NCBI RefSeq assembly: GCF_009914755.1
Contig: NC_060927.1
Strand: one strand, 5' to 3'
DNA length: 64,000 nt
Source of the DNA: the human T2T-CHM13v2.0 reference genome, Homo sapiens
Below the pieces are notes generated by a model, which was not told the DNA's origin, ran no database searches, and was given only the letters and a program-made list of their open reading frames with translations. Position 1 is the first letter of the stretch; every line of letters begins with the position of its first letter. The position numbers and the translations under genes are program-made. Below are positions 1-48,800 of this stretch, in pieces.

Positions 1-52
1 GATGCTGCTGCCACACTTCTTGTACAGCCCAGACATCTGTAAGCCAAATAAA

Positions 53-10157
<10,105 letters not shown>

Positions 10158-10510
10158 CTAGCAATTTGGCTGGTAGCGTTTAAACGTGGGTAGGAACGGA
10201 AGGTAGTGGTCGCTGGTTATTTGCTGTGAGTACACTGTATAGATAGATTTCCATTTACTCGTTCACTTTCCTACTTATGGCCTTTAGGCTGTGCCCAGGT
10301 TAGAGACTGTGAGAAAAGCTGCAGTGATCTCATTCTTTCTAGAGTCTTCCTGTGCCCCATGAGAAGGCATATGCCTAGGGAAGGAACTGCTGGATCTGAG
10401 GCTTGGCGATGTTCCTGCTTTAGAAAGTCATGCCAAACAGTTTTCTAAAGTGTTGGTGCAAATTTACACTCTCAGAACCAGGAAGAAGAGATTGTTTTTT
10501 TTTTTTTAAT

Positions 10511-10516
10511 TTTATT
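10511..10516 (-). terminator. TRAIP: TRAIP polyadenylation signal AATAAA
   Basis: tttatt on + strand, about 480 nt after the stop, with adjacent ATTAAA; followed by a genomic A-run. Confidence 0.8.
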
Positions 10517-10994
10517 TTACATGAAAATCTTCCATCCTCTCCATACATCCCATGCTATCCTCCATTCCCCACCCTGCTTGGCCCAGGCTATGCCTAGAAG
10601 CAAGTCAAAGGCAGGTAGAAGCTTGGGCTGAGGCTGCCTGAGATGCCTCAAGCACTCTGGTCCACAGAGACAGTCAACAAGTGACCGTGGTCTCCAGGCC
10701 CAGAAAGAGTCTGACCACATCTGATCATGGCTATAAACAGGAGCCTGGCAACAGGAGCAGGACCTGCTGACAGGATCAGTGGGCTGGTCATGTCAGCTCC
10801 CAGTCGTAGGAGTGGGGCAGGGTGAGGGCAGGAAGAGCAGTCTCTGGGTGTCACACTCACCCTCACCTGTTTGTCTGCCCTTACACCTCAGGCTGGTCCC
10901 GAAAGTGGGGCTCTGTCCACAAAACCCCTGCCTGGACAGTCCTTGACCTACAAGTTGCAGGCATGTGTCTGGCCATTGGTCAGACTCACTGTTC

Positions 10995-38350
<27,356 letters not shown>

Positions 38351-39902
38351 GATGGCTGGACTCAAGGGGCCCAGGCAGCCAAAGAAACTGCTACAGGTCC
38401 GGCTTCGTAGACGCGCCCCCGCGCCTCCGCTTGCTTCAAATTTGGCTCCGCAGCACGACTTCCTGGAGCGGGCCGGAAGTGACAACACAAAACCTTGGGC
38501 GGAGCGTGAATACTTCGCCTGGATTGGACAAATTCTCGGATGGGCGGAACTATGGGCGGGGCTTAGCGGCCCCGAGGCCGTAGAGAATCCTGGGCGGAGC
38601 GCGGTCGCTCTCAGGCGTCCTCTGGGGAGACTCGACCTGCCACTTGAGAGCGCAGCATTATATCAAGGCGGGGAGCAGCGAGGCTGCCAGCTGGACCCTT
38701 TTCCAGGGCAAGGCAGCGCATTGTGGTCCCATGCCAGAGCTGGCGCGAGGCAGGCTGGGCCAAGGCAGAGAAAACCGCAGCCGCAAGGGAATAGAACAAT
38801 GGTCCCGATGGGTCCCTTGGGCTCTGGACAGTGATGGACCATGCGCTATGGTCTGTAGTTCCCATAGACCACAATACCCTACCCTCTCAGTCCTCAGTTC
38901 CGGGCGATTCTAGAAAGATGGACACATAGGCCCCAGTCCCTCAGGTCACCCCAGGCCAACCTTGGCTTCATCCAAGTAAGATATGACTATCCTTGAGTTT
39001 GGAGACACTAGGGCCAGTACCCTGACTTTAGCTCTTAGCTCTCAGGAGGATCAGTTATGCTTGAGACTGTAGTAGGGTTGGAATTTTGGAGGCCCAGATG
39101 CTTCAAAGACTAGAGACTAACAAATCCTTTTTATTATTCCCACATCAGAGAAGTTATCTTTGAGGAGGTTATCTTTGAGGTCCTCCCAGAGAGCAGCATC
39201 CCTGGTGAGTTCACCCAGGCCCACCTGGGCTGGAGTAAGTCAACTTTTGGGTTTTTAGGCTTAGTATCTGTGGCAGTGTTACTCCCTCTACCCAGAAGAA
39301 ACCCTGTGCATAGTCCCATAATATAAAGCTGATCTGCTCCAGCTGAAATAGACCCAGAGTGAGATTTCATTTGGGGCATAGGTGGAAAGCACAGGTGTTC
39401 ACAGAAAGAAGGAATCAACACAGAGCAGCATAGAATCTTTGTGCATTGCTCACCCTACACCCTCTCCCTAGCTCAGGGAAGCTATCTTTGGCTATGAGCA
39501 GGGTCTGTCCTTGCGGTGGCTGGCCCAGGTAGATTCCAGCTCTATGCCTAAATCAAGAGTAAGGCTCCTCGGTCAACAGGAGTCAAAAACAGCAGCCCTT
39601 ACTTGAGCTCTCAGCCCAGGGAGTATTCCTTGGTCCAAATGCAGCCCAAGACCCACTACTCACATGGATTTCTAGAGTTCAGAGGACCCCCACCACCACC
39701 ACCATTGAGGAATACACTGTGGTGAGGATGATCTTCACCCTCAGCCCAAGAAATCCACAGGGCACTGTTCACTACTACTCCCAGCCACTACTTGTGAACC
39801 TGCTCCCAGCCTCTCCCTTCCCCACTGCCTTCCAGGGGCTCCTCCCCAGTAGGACAGAGGAAGCAAAGGCGAGAGGGTGGCCAGAGGCTTTGCAGGGTGA
39901 TG

Positions 39903-39908
39903 TTTATT
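39903..39908 (-). terminator. CAMKV: CAMKV polyadenylation signal AATAAA
   Basis: tttatt on + strand about 1.3 kb after the CAMKV stop. Confidence 0.75.
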
Positions 39909-41214
39909 TGCCAGGTTCAGTAGGCACACAGTTAACCCACCGACCTTCACACACCAGAGCAGACCCACAGGCATGCAGGGAGAAGGGCAGGACCACCACG
40001 GAGTGCCGAGCAAGGGCGAGGACCAATGTGGCTGCCTATCCAGGCTGTGGTAGGGTCTGACAAAGGGCACCTGTCAGGAGCCTCCCTCAGGAAACTGGGG
40101 AGTTTAACCCTACTTCCTCATCCCAGAAAAAGCAACTCAATGTGGCTCTGAGGCACCTGGGCCTCTGATAGAAGTGAGCTGTAGAAAGAGGGAGTTCCTC
40201 TTCATTTCATTGTTGAACTGAGCAGAAAATCTGCCCCTGTAAAGGGCAAACCTCCAAATCAGATTATGAGTTATTGCCATGCAGCAAGCCCCCTAGGGTG
40301 GAGAGGACTTGTGGGCTGAGATTGTAGGAGGTGGGCATCTAGGAAGAGCAAGGAGGTATCAGCCCTCCCTGTTTGGCCCAGGGTAAGGACCCAGTAAGGC
40401 TGGGACACTGGGTGCTGGGCTTGTACTCTGCCCTGCCAGGTCTCATTGCCACGTCCTAATTGTTCCTCCTTTCCCTTAGAGGCTCATGAGGTTCAGGGTA
40501 CAGGGCAGCCCACTGCAGGACTCGGAAAGGCAGGAAATAACACAAATAACAGGGTCTTAGGAAGGACAAAAATGGAAGCTTCTGCCCTCCTACTCATTCT
40601 CTCCACTCCTGAGGACCTCCACAGCTAGTGAGCAGTATCCCTAGCCATGTGCCAAGTCTGGACTTAAACATACTGCCCTACCTTTCTGCATCCTCTATAC
40701 CAGCCTGTATCTGCTCCTAGAGCAGCCCACACACCACAGGCACACACCTTCATGTGCAGGAGCCTAAGACCGCTGACAGGGCCTCGCTGGAGGACCAGCT
40801 CTCAGGGCAAGGCCGCCCAAGTTTAGGGCCTGGGAGAGTGTGGGACCTGCAGGGCCTGCCTAGGGGAATGGTGAGGCAAGAAGGGAAGGGGAAGGAGAGC
40901 AGGAGCCCCCTGAGTATCCCTAGAGCAGCATCCCACAAGGAACAGAAACTGGTGAAGCTAGCAAAAGACAGAAAAGCCACAAGGAATCCATGCAGGGGCT
41001 GGGGCCGGCCCTGCCACTGGCCTGCCCACCACTCACACACATACACACAGGAGACGAGACTGCTCTCCCGTGACCCCTAGTTATGCCCCACTGGGATGTG
41101 GGGGCATGGGGGAGCGAGGGCATCATGCCAGTGACTCTATGTACAGTGAGAAGCCCCTCATCCACTCTCCCACCCTCCTGCCCATCCCCTGCCCCCCCTC
41201 ACCAGGCTGCCTAC

Positions 41215-41778
41215 TCAGCTGGCCTCCTCCCTTTGAGACTCCTGGGCATAACCAGCAGCCTCTTCCCCTTTACTAGAGGGTGGAGCCTGGCCTGTGGCGC
41301 CCTCTGGGGCTGTGCTGTCCGGCTGGGCCATAGCCGGCTCAGGGGTGGCAGCTGCCTTGGTGGCCAGCATGGCACTGCTTTGGGTGGTGGGCACAGTGCT
41401 CTCTTCTGTGGCTGGTGTGGCTCTCCCATCAGTGGCTGGAGTAGCGCTCCTGTCAGTGGCTGGGGTGACACTCCCATCAGTGGCTGGAGTGATGCTTCCA
41501 TCGGTGGCTGGGGTGACACTGCCATCAGTGGCTGGGGTGGCACTTCCATCTGTGGCTGGGGTGGCACTACGGTCTGCGGGGGCCACATTATCACTCTTTG
41601 CAGCACGAGCAGCATCACCCTCAGGGGCTGAGGTAGCTCCACTCGCAGCTGCAGCTGTGGCCCCACCTGCAGCCCCGGGGGTGGCAGTGTCTGTGGCTGA
41701 GGCCGACTGGGCTGCAGCCGTGCTGGACTGCTCTGGTGCCCGGAGCCGTTTCATGAGGGTGGTCACTCGGACAGCCTT
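41215..41778 (-). CDS. CAMKV: CAMKV exon 11 coding part (564 nt), Ala/Thr/Pro-rich tail
   Basis: KAVRVTTLMKRLRAPEQSS...ATPATDGS repeats...QREEAS*. Confidence 0.96.
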   Translation of the reverse strand, partial: KAVRVTTLMKRLRAPEQSSTAAAQSASATDTATPGAAGGATAAAASGATSAPEGDAARAAKSDNVAPADRSATPATDGSATPATDGSVTPATDGSITPATDGSVTPATDRSATPATDGRATPATEESTVPTTQSSAMLATKAAATPEPAMAQPDSTAPEGATGQAPPSSKGEEAAGYAQESQREEAS

Positions 41779-44285
41779 CTGAAAGGAGCACAGTGGAGAA
41801 AGGCTAAGGGTGAGGCTTGCTGGATCCATTGCTTGGCAGTGACCAAACCAAACTCCTTCCATAGTACCCCCGGCCACCTCCATCCACCCCAGGGCCAAGT
41901 ACTCAGCTGCTCAGCACTCCTACTTAAGGTAATCACAGTGGCTACACCCACACCTGATGGCCTGAGAAAAGCTTGTGTGTGGCTGCAGGGGTGTGATGCA
42001 GGCAAGAAACTGAGTGCCAGAAGCAATACTTGGGATAGAGCCAAGAAGGGAGTTATCCAAGCCTTACCTTCCACTTGGCCCTGGCAAAGTTCTTTTCAAT
42101 CTGGGCACAGACACCATCCTTGATGTTCTTATCAGAAGCAGCATTGCCAGAAATCCTGGAAAGGGTGCAAGTGTGTCTGGATCTGAGAGAATGAGCCTTT
42201 GTGGAGACTCTGCTCAGCCCTTCTATGTGGCATCCAGGGACTACCAGGCAGAGCCTCTGGGCTGCCCTGAGCTCTAGGTACCTGCACCCCTTCTAGGCCT
42301 CAAAGATGGGGCTGCTGGGTGTGAGGGGGACCCTGGCCTCTCCCACCCTCCCCTGGACCCTGCTCACCACTCATGGGAGATGGCCTCTTCTGCAGTGATC
42401 CGCTGGTCTTGCTCCACCTCCATCAGCCTTGTGACCAGGTCTTTGGCTGTGGACAAAACCAAGGAGGGGATAGTCATGGGCACCCCATCTCAATGTCTAG
42501 AGGTGATAAATGGGCTGGGGGACAGAAGCAGAATACCACAGAGGAAGATGAGAGCAGGACACCCTCCCCACTCCCTTGCGTTCTACCAAGTGCTGGGCAG
42601 GCACCTCCTCACCTGCCTGCGAAATATCATCCCAATATGGAGAGTCAAACTCATAGTCACCAGCCAGGATCTTGCGGAAGAGATTCTTATCATGGTTCTC
42701 ATAATCATCTTCTTCCACCTCCTCATAGAAAGGTGGGTTGCCTGAAAGCCTGCATGGGGGAAGGGTCACACAGAAAGGCCACAGACACATGCCCCCACCC
42801 CATCTGACTGCAAGCCTGCTTGTCCATCTGTCCACTCACAGGATGTACATGATGACTCCAATGGCCCAGCAGTCCACAGGGCGTCCATACCGCTGCCGGC
42901 CTACCACCTCTGGGGCTACAAACACAGCGCCCATCTGCTGGTCAGTATCAGGCCTAGCCAGGTCCAGTACCATCCACACCAGCTTCCTGAGATGAGCACA
43001 TTTTCCCCCTGCCCAGAGCAGCTCCCTGAAGGCTGCCCCCCATTATCCCCCTGCCCCTGCCCCACCCCCTGCTTGCCCAGATACTCGGGGGTCCCACAGG
43101 GCTCCTTGATGAGGCCATTTTCTAGCTTAGCCAGATGGAAGTCACTGATGACAATCTTCGAGTTCTTCAGCCGGTTGTAGTAAACCAGGTTCTCCAGCTG
43201 TGGTGTGAGAATAGCATGTGGGTGAGCAGAAGACACCATGAGGACCTTGGAGGCTAGACCAAGGCCCTGAGGTGCTGCCCACCCCAGCACCAGCCCAGCT
43301 GCCAACTGGCCCTTTGACTCTGGCTCTGCCCTCACCTTGAGATTCCTGTGCACGATCTTGAGTGAGTGCAAATAGGCCACGGCCTCCAGGACTTGCCGTA
43401 CCACGTTGCTTGTGTCTCGCTCCGAGTAGTAGCCCTGGTCCAGGATCCAGTCAAACACCTCCCTCCCCGTGGCCCTGAGGGACACCAGCCCCTGAGCCTG
43501 GCGTGGGCAGAATCAGGGGTAGGGCAGGAGCACTTGGGTGAGCTGCCTACGCCAGGCAGCTGGCTGAGCAAGGCACAGGGACCTGGGACGCCAAGGGTCC
43601 AGAAAGGGGGTTTCCTTAGCTGCAGAGGGTGGGACAGGTGAAAGCCCTGGGCGCTGGGGAATCTTGGGTCCCCAGACCCACACTCACAGCTCCAGGAAGA
43701 TAAAGTACTCCTTGCGGGTCACAAACACATCCACCAGCTGTAGGATGTTGGGATGCTTCACCCTGGCGACAGGGAGGGGAGCCAGTAGTTAGGGCTGGAT
43801 GAACCCCTGGGAGAGGCTGTGGTCACCACAGTGGCCACAGCAGACTAATTGGCCAGAGGCTGGGACTGCCTGAGGCCACTTGCCCTCTAAGCCCTTCCCT
43901 GCTGCCTCCCACCCCGCCCCAATCCCAGGCCTCAAACTCACATCTTGAGGATGCCTATCTCGTTCTTGGCAGCTTTCCGCACCTTGCGGCCGTCCCGCTT
44001 CTGGAACTTCTTGCAGGTGTGCAGCTTGCCTGTCGTCTTGTCCTTGGCCCGGAAGATTTCACAAAACTCCTCACTGCAGCCGACAGGCACCCACTCAGGC
44101 CTGGCCTTAGCATCAGCTGCACTCCACTGCCACTTCCCTAGCCCCTGCTCACCAGCCCACCCAGCCTTGCCTGACAGGCCCGGCACTCACGTCTTGATGA
44201 CCTGTCCCAAATCATATCTGTCAGTCACCTCCGATGGCTGGTTATAGTTCTTCTTGTCACCCAGAGTCACACACCCAAACGGCAT
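41215..44285 (-). CDS. CAMKV: CaM kinase-like vesicle-associated pseudokinase (10 coding exons, 501 aa); whole CDS span
   Basis: Exons join to 1506 nt: MPFGCVTLGDKKNYNQ...QESQREEAS*; degenerate kinase motifs HRNLK (for HRDLK), DFH (for DFG), no GxGxxG. Confidence 0.98.
41405..41580 (-). repeat. CAMKV: Coding 24-bp minisatellite, about 7 units encoding (S/R)xTPATD(G/R)
   Basis: Recurring gtggctgg(g/a/t)gt every 24 nt. Confidence 0.9.
42068..42155 (-). CDS. CAMKV: CAMKV exon 10 (88 nt)
   Basis: ISGNAASDKNIKDGVCAQIEKNFARAKWK; |gtaagg. Confidence 0.95.
42368..42446 (-). CDS. CAMKV: CAMKV exon 9 (79 nt)
   Basis: AKDLVTRLMEVEQDQRITAEEAISHEW. Confidence 0.95.
42613..42749 (-). CDS. CAMKV: CAMKV exon 8 (137 nt)
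   Basis: LSGNPPFYEEVEEDDYENHDKNLFRKILAGDYEFDSPYWDDISQA. Confidence 0.96.
42840..42915 (-). CDS. CAMKV: CAMKV exon 7 (76 nt)
   Basis: APEVVGRQRYGRPVDCWAIGVIMYIL. Confidence 0.95.
43077..43197 (-). CDS. CAMKV: CAMKV exon 6 (121 nt), GC donor
   Basis: LENLVYYNRLKNSKIVISDFHLAKLENGLIKEPCGTPEYL; donor TGG|GCAAGC. Confidence 0.93.
43336..43474 (-). CDS. CAMKV: CAMKV exon 5 (139 nt)
   Basis: ATGREVFDWILDQGYYSERDTSNVVRQVLEAVAYLHSLKIVHRNLK. Confidence 0.96.
43688..43762 (-). CDS. CAMKV: CAMKV exon 4 (75 nt)
   Basis: VKHPNILQLVDVFVTRKEYFIFLEL. Confidence 0.95.
43942..44073 (-). CDS. CAMKV: CAMKV exon 3 (132 nt)
   Basis: EEFCEIFRAKDKTTGKLHTCKKFQKRDGRKVRKAAKNEIGILKM. Confidence 0.96.
44191..44285 (-). 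CDS. CAMKV: CAMKV exon 2 coding part (exon starts 44299)
   Basis: MPFGCVTLGDKKNYNQPSEVTDRYDLGQVIK; |gtgagt. Confidence 0.95.
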
Positions 44286-44689
44286 TGCCAGGCTCTAACC
44301 TGCGGGCACAATGGGGTCTGGCTTAGCTGTACTACTCTCCACTTCCCCACAACATAGGGGCTGCTTTTGGGAGACCCCAACCTGGCTCAGGCCAAGCTAG
44401 GGGCAGAGACCATACCAGGAGGGGCTAGAGGATAGGCAGGCTTAGATCCTACCCCTGCTTTTCTGGCTAGACATCCAGCTACTCAGCTTGGCTGCCTGAA
44501 GTGCAACAGCCTACATATGAAAAAATGTATTAAGCTGATATATAAGGGAATAGTTTTGTATTCTATACATTCAAAAAAAAGGCTTATCAAACAGTTTATT
44601 TAAATTTCAGCTATTTTACAGATGAAGGGGGCTATAACCACCCACCCACCTGCTAGTCATCTCTGAAGGTCTAGAGCTAACAAGTGTTA

Positions 44690-45225
44690 GTGGATATATG
44701 AAGAACGTGAGCACTGCTAGGAGAGGGCAAACTCCCCTTTGTAAAGCAGTTTGGTAAAACCACTAAAGTCAAACAAACATACCCTATGAACCAGCAATTG
44801 CACTCCTAAATACGTGCCTACAGAAGTGCACATATTCGTGCATCAGGACAGTCATACAATGCTCATAGTAGCCATATACATAATCGCCAAAAATTGAAAA
44901 CAGACCAAATACCACCACCAACAGGATGTATTGTGGTAGAGTCACACAATGGAATATTATATAGCAATGGAAACAAAGGAGCTACAGCTATACCCAACCA
45001 CCTGGTGACTCTTACACAGTGTTAAGTGCAAAAAGACACAAAAGAATACATATAGTATGAGTCTATTGATAGAGTTCAAACAGGCAGAACAAACCCGTAA
45101 GGGGGATACAAACACAGCAGTAGAGCTATAAAGAAAAGCTAGGAAATAAGCAGAGTCAGATAATGGTCCCTTCTAAGAGAAAAGGAGGGGTTATGATTGA
45201 TTCAGGACACATGGGGGGATTCTGG
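44690..45225 (+). mobile_element. Old L1 (L1MC/ME-like) 3'-end fragment
   Basis: ccctatgaaccagcaattgcactccta...cacaatggaatattatatagcaatg. Confidence 0.7.
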
Positions 45226-45271
45226 AAGACCTATTTCTTTTCTTTTCTTTTCTTTCTTTCTTTCTTTTTTT

Positions 45272-45681
<410 letters not shown>

Positions 45682-45684
45682 TAG

Positions 45685-45861
<177 letters not shown>

Positions 45862-48800
45862 TAAATTTTTTAAAGTTTACATACTGATGTACCCTCACAA
45901 ACTCTTTTCTGGAAGAATACTGAAGGAAATAAGAGTTCTCTCCTGGGCAAAGAATTGGATGTCAAAAAGGCAGACATATCTTTTGTTTACTAATTTTCTG
46001 TGCGAATTTTTACTATTTTACTATAATGACTTCGATGAATTTAGTAAATACTGCACTCAGGCACAGTGCTTGGGGGATTCCTCAGAGGGATAATCTGGGT
46101 GGAGAGGCAAGGTAAAGCTTTGGAGGCAGCATTAGGACTCAGTAGGAAAAGATTTGCCAGGAGGTATGCAGGTGTACTGGTCAGGAAGAGCAAAACAAGC
46201 CTGATCCTGGTCCCAGCTTTCGGCTCTGCATATGCATTCATGCCCACTGGGGCCCACAGGGGACCTGGGCTGTCAGGTCCAGGTGCAAGGCCCCCAAACA
46301 GAACAGATATAGCTGGCTCAGTGAGCGCTAGGCACTCTTTCCACCTGGGGCACGGTGTCCCACAGGTCTGCAATCCTGCCAATTACAGCCCAATCCTCAT
46401 CTGTAGTGCTAGGGGGGCTGACTCCAGTGTCCAAAGGAAAAGGCACTCATAGCCCATGCTCAAAGCTGGGGGTGGGGGGTTACTGACTAGACCTTCACAG
46501 ATCTGACGCCAGGGTGTGCCTCCATAATACCCGGTCAGTGTGACACTGGGGCTACAGCAAGCTCTGCACTGAGGCTGCGCTGAAATTGCTCTGCCTCTGC
46601 TGACTGTGCATGTTTTCCCTCCACGCCAATTAGCACTTGCTGTGTGCAGGGCCTGAGCTAGGGCCTGGGGGTACCTAGATGCTCCCCGACCTGAAGGCAC
46701 TCACAGCCTCAAGGTAGTGGAGAAGGGAGGAGGCAAAGGAGGCAGCTTGGCAAGATGAACTCTGCCAGCCAAAGTCAAAGACCAGGACCCAAACGAGCCC
46801 CATAGCCAACCCTGGCTGCTACTTGCTTCCTCCCAGGCAGAAGCCAGCCACCAGGCTGTGATTCCCAGGAGTCACAGCCCTGGAAATTCTCCCTCAGATT
46901 TGCCTTCAGCATTAGGGAACAAACTCTATCATTCCTTCATCTGGGTTGCTTGGGCTCAGGGAATACAAATGCATTTCATCAGCATTATTCCAGACAGGGT
47001 TTAAGCCGTCTTGCGAGGCACAGCAGAGACAAAGGAGAGGCTTTGAAGATCGTCACTGACTGCATGTCTGCCACCATGGGCACAACCCTGCACTCCTCCA
47101 CTGGGGAGAAGCATGTGGCCAGAATCCCATCCTCACAGCTGAGAGCAGAGGCATAGCCAGTTACCATTGCCGGCTACACATTTTCACACCATAACAGCTG
47201 CAGGAGGGGGCCTGCAACAGTCATCTCAGTCTGAGGGCCGTGTACTGGGCAGGAGGATGGTACCTTAGCCTGCAGTCTCCCAAGAAGGCTGGGAGGGACC
47301 TGTGCCCTGGCTCTGTTGCTTTGCTTACACCATTCCCTCTGGCAAGAGTGCCCTTCCCCCAAAAGCCTCCCGTCAGATTCCTATTTGTCACGGCAGAGTT
47401 ATTTATAACATTAAAAAAAATTCAGCAACTACCTAAATGTCCAACAACAGGTGACTCGCCAGCTCAACTGTGTCCACTCAATGGTAGGAAGTGTGGGCAC
47501 TGGCAAGAGCTCTGCCCACCTTGGCTTTCCTGTGGAGCAGCTGCCACATGAGCGAGGTGCTGAGAGCAGAACTGAATCTCTTCTTTCATTGTGATTTCTG
47601 ACATTATAAGGTGGTTTGTGCAACACATTGTCCAAAACAATCCTGATGCTCGAAGGCCAGACTCAAAATGGCCCTTTTCTGAGATACCTTCCACAACCTC
47701 CATGCCCCACCCCCCACCCCACTCCAACAGCTCCCAGCTTTGCCAGTGTGGCGTGGGTGGGAGGTTTTGTGCATGCCTGTCCTTGATCCTGGCCCCAGCT
47801 TTCGGCTCTGCATATGCATTCGTGCCCACTGAGGTCCAGGGCTGGTCATGGGGGTCTGTCCCATGAAAGGCACAGAAAACTGGGCCTCCACCCCGTAATG
47901 TCAGCCTGGAGCCATGTCCTGAAGCCTCAAGGCTGAGATGGGAACAGATCTGTCTCCCCTGCCCCCTACTATGGCTGCCCAAATTTCAGCCAGTCACTCC
48001 TCCTCCTCCTCCTCCTCCTCACCAGTCTAAGTATACTGGCTTGGGGCCCTGGACTTGGCCCCAGGGCAAAGAGAGGAGAAAGAGGGGCCTGGCTTTCAAT
48101 TAGCACCTTGGTTCCCTCTGCCCACACCCACTCCACCATCTGCTATCCACTGTTGCTCCCTGGGAGGTTTCGGGTGTGTGCACCAAGCCCTGGGCACCTG
48201 CTTGCAACAAAGGAGACCTGGGAGGAACAGCCAAGGGACAGCTCTCAGAAAGAGAGGAGGCCAAGTGGAAGGGGTTTGTATTTTTCACCCCCATGGCCCA
48301 GACCCAACACCCAACAATGGAGAGCTCTCCTCTCAGCAACACAGGATCTGAGCTCTTCCTCAGGTACACTTAGGCCATGGAAGGGCATGGGAGCTCCACA
48401 ACAGCCATTTCCCTGGAGACATGGCTCCCTCCACTCTCTGCAGAGGAACTGAACAGTATGCACTACCGGCTGCCCAGAGGGAGCTTGTGGGGAGTGCAGG
48501 CCCTGGTGCGGCCATTGCCCTCCAGCTGGCTCTCATGGAGCCTGAGAGCCAAGCACTCCCCAGTTATGGCCTGCTCCCAGGGCCTGACCACTGGACTCAG
48601 GGAATTGAGCCTCCAGCAATCCTGAGGGGTCCTCTGTTGGTGCCCTGGTGATAAATGGTCCCCCAGGGACTCTGCTGCATCTTTAGGTAAGTCTGGCCCA
48701 GGGAAAGCCCAAACGGGACAAAGGCCAAGAGGTCCGGAGGCCCCACATTGGGGTCCTGTCCCCTCCTCCGCTGAGATCATCCTGGTTCAGGCCCTACCTT

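Noticed and set aside
41083-41782. Repetitive ORFs 41083-41631(+), 41294-41782(+) and 41211-41666(-)
   Set aside because: Shadow frames of the CAMKV 24-bp coding repeat.
46202-46249. Hammerhead-like GGC...GCC-GAAA in the duplicated intron element
   Set aside because: The CUGANGA core is absent, so there is no support for a hammerhead ribozyme.
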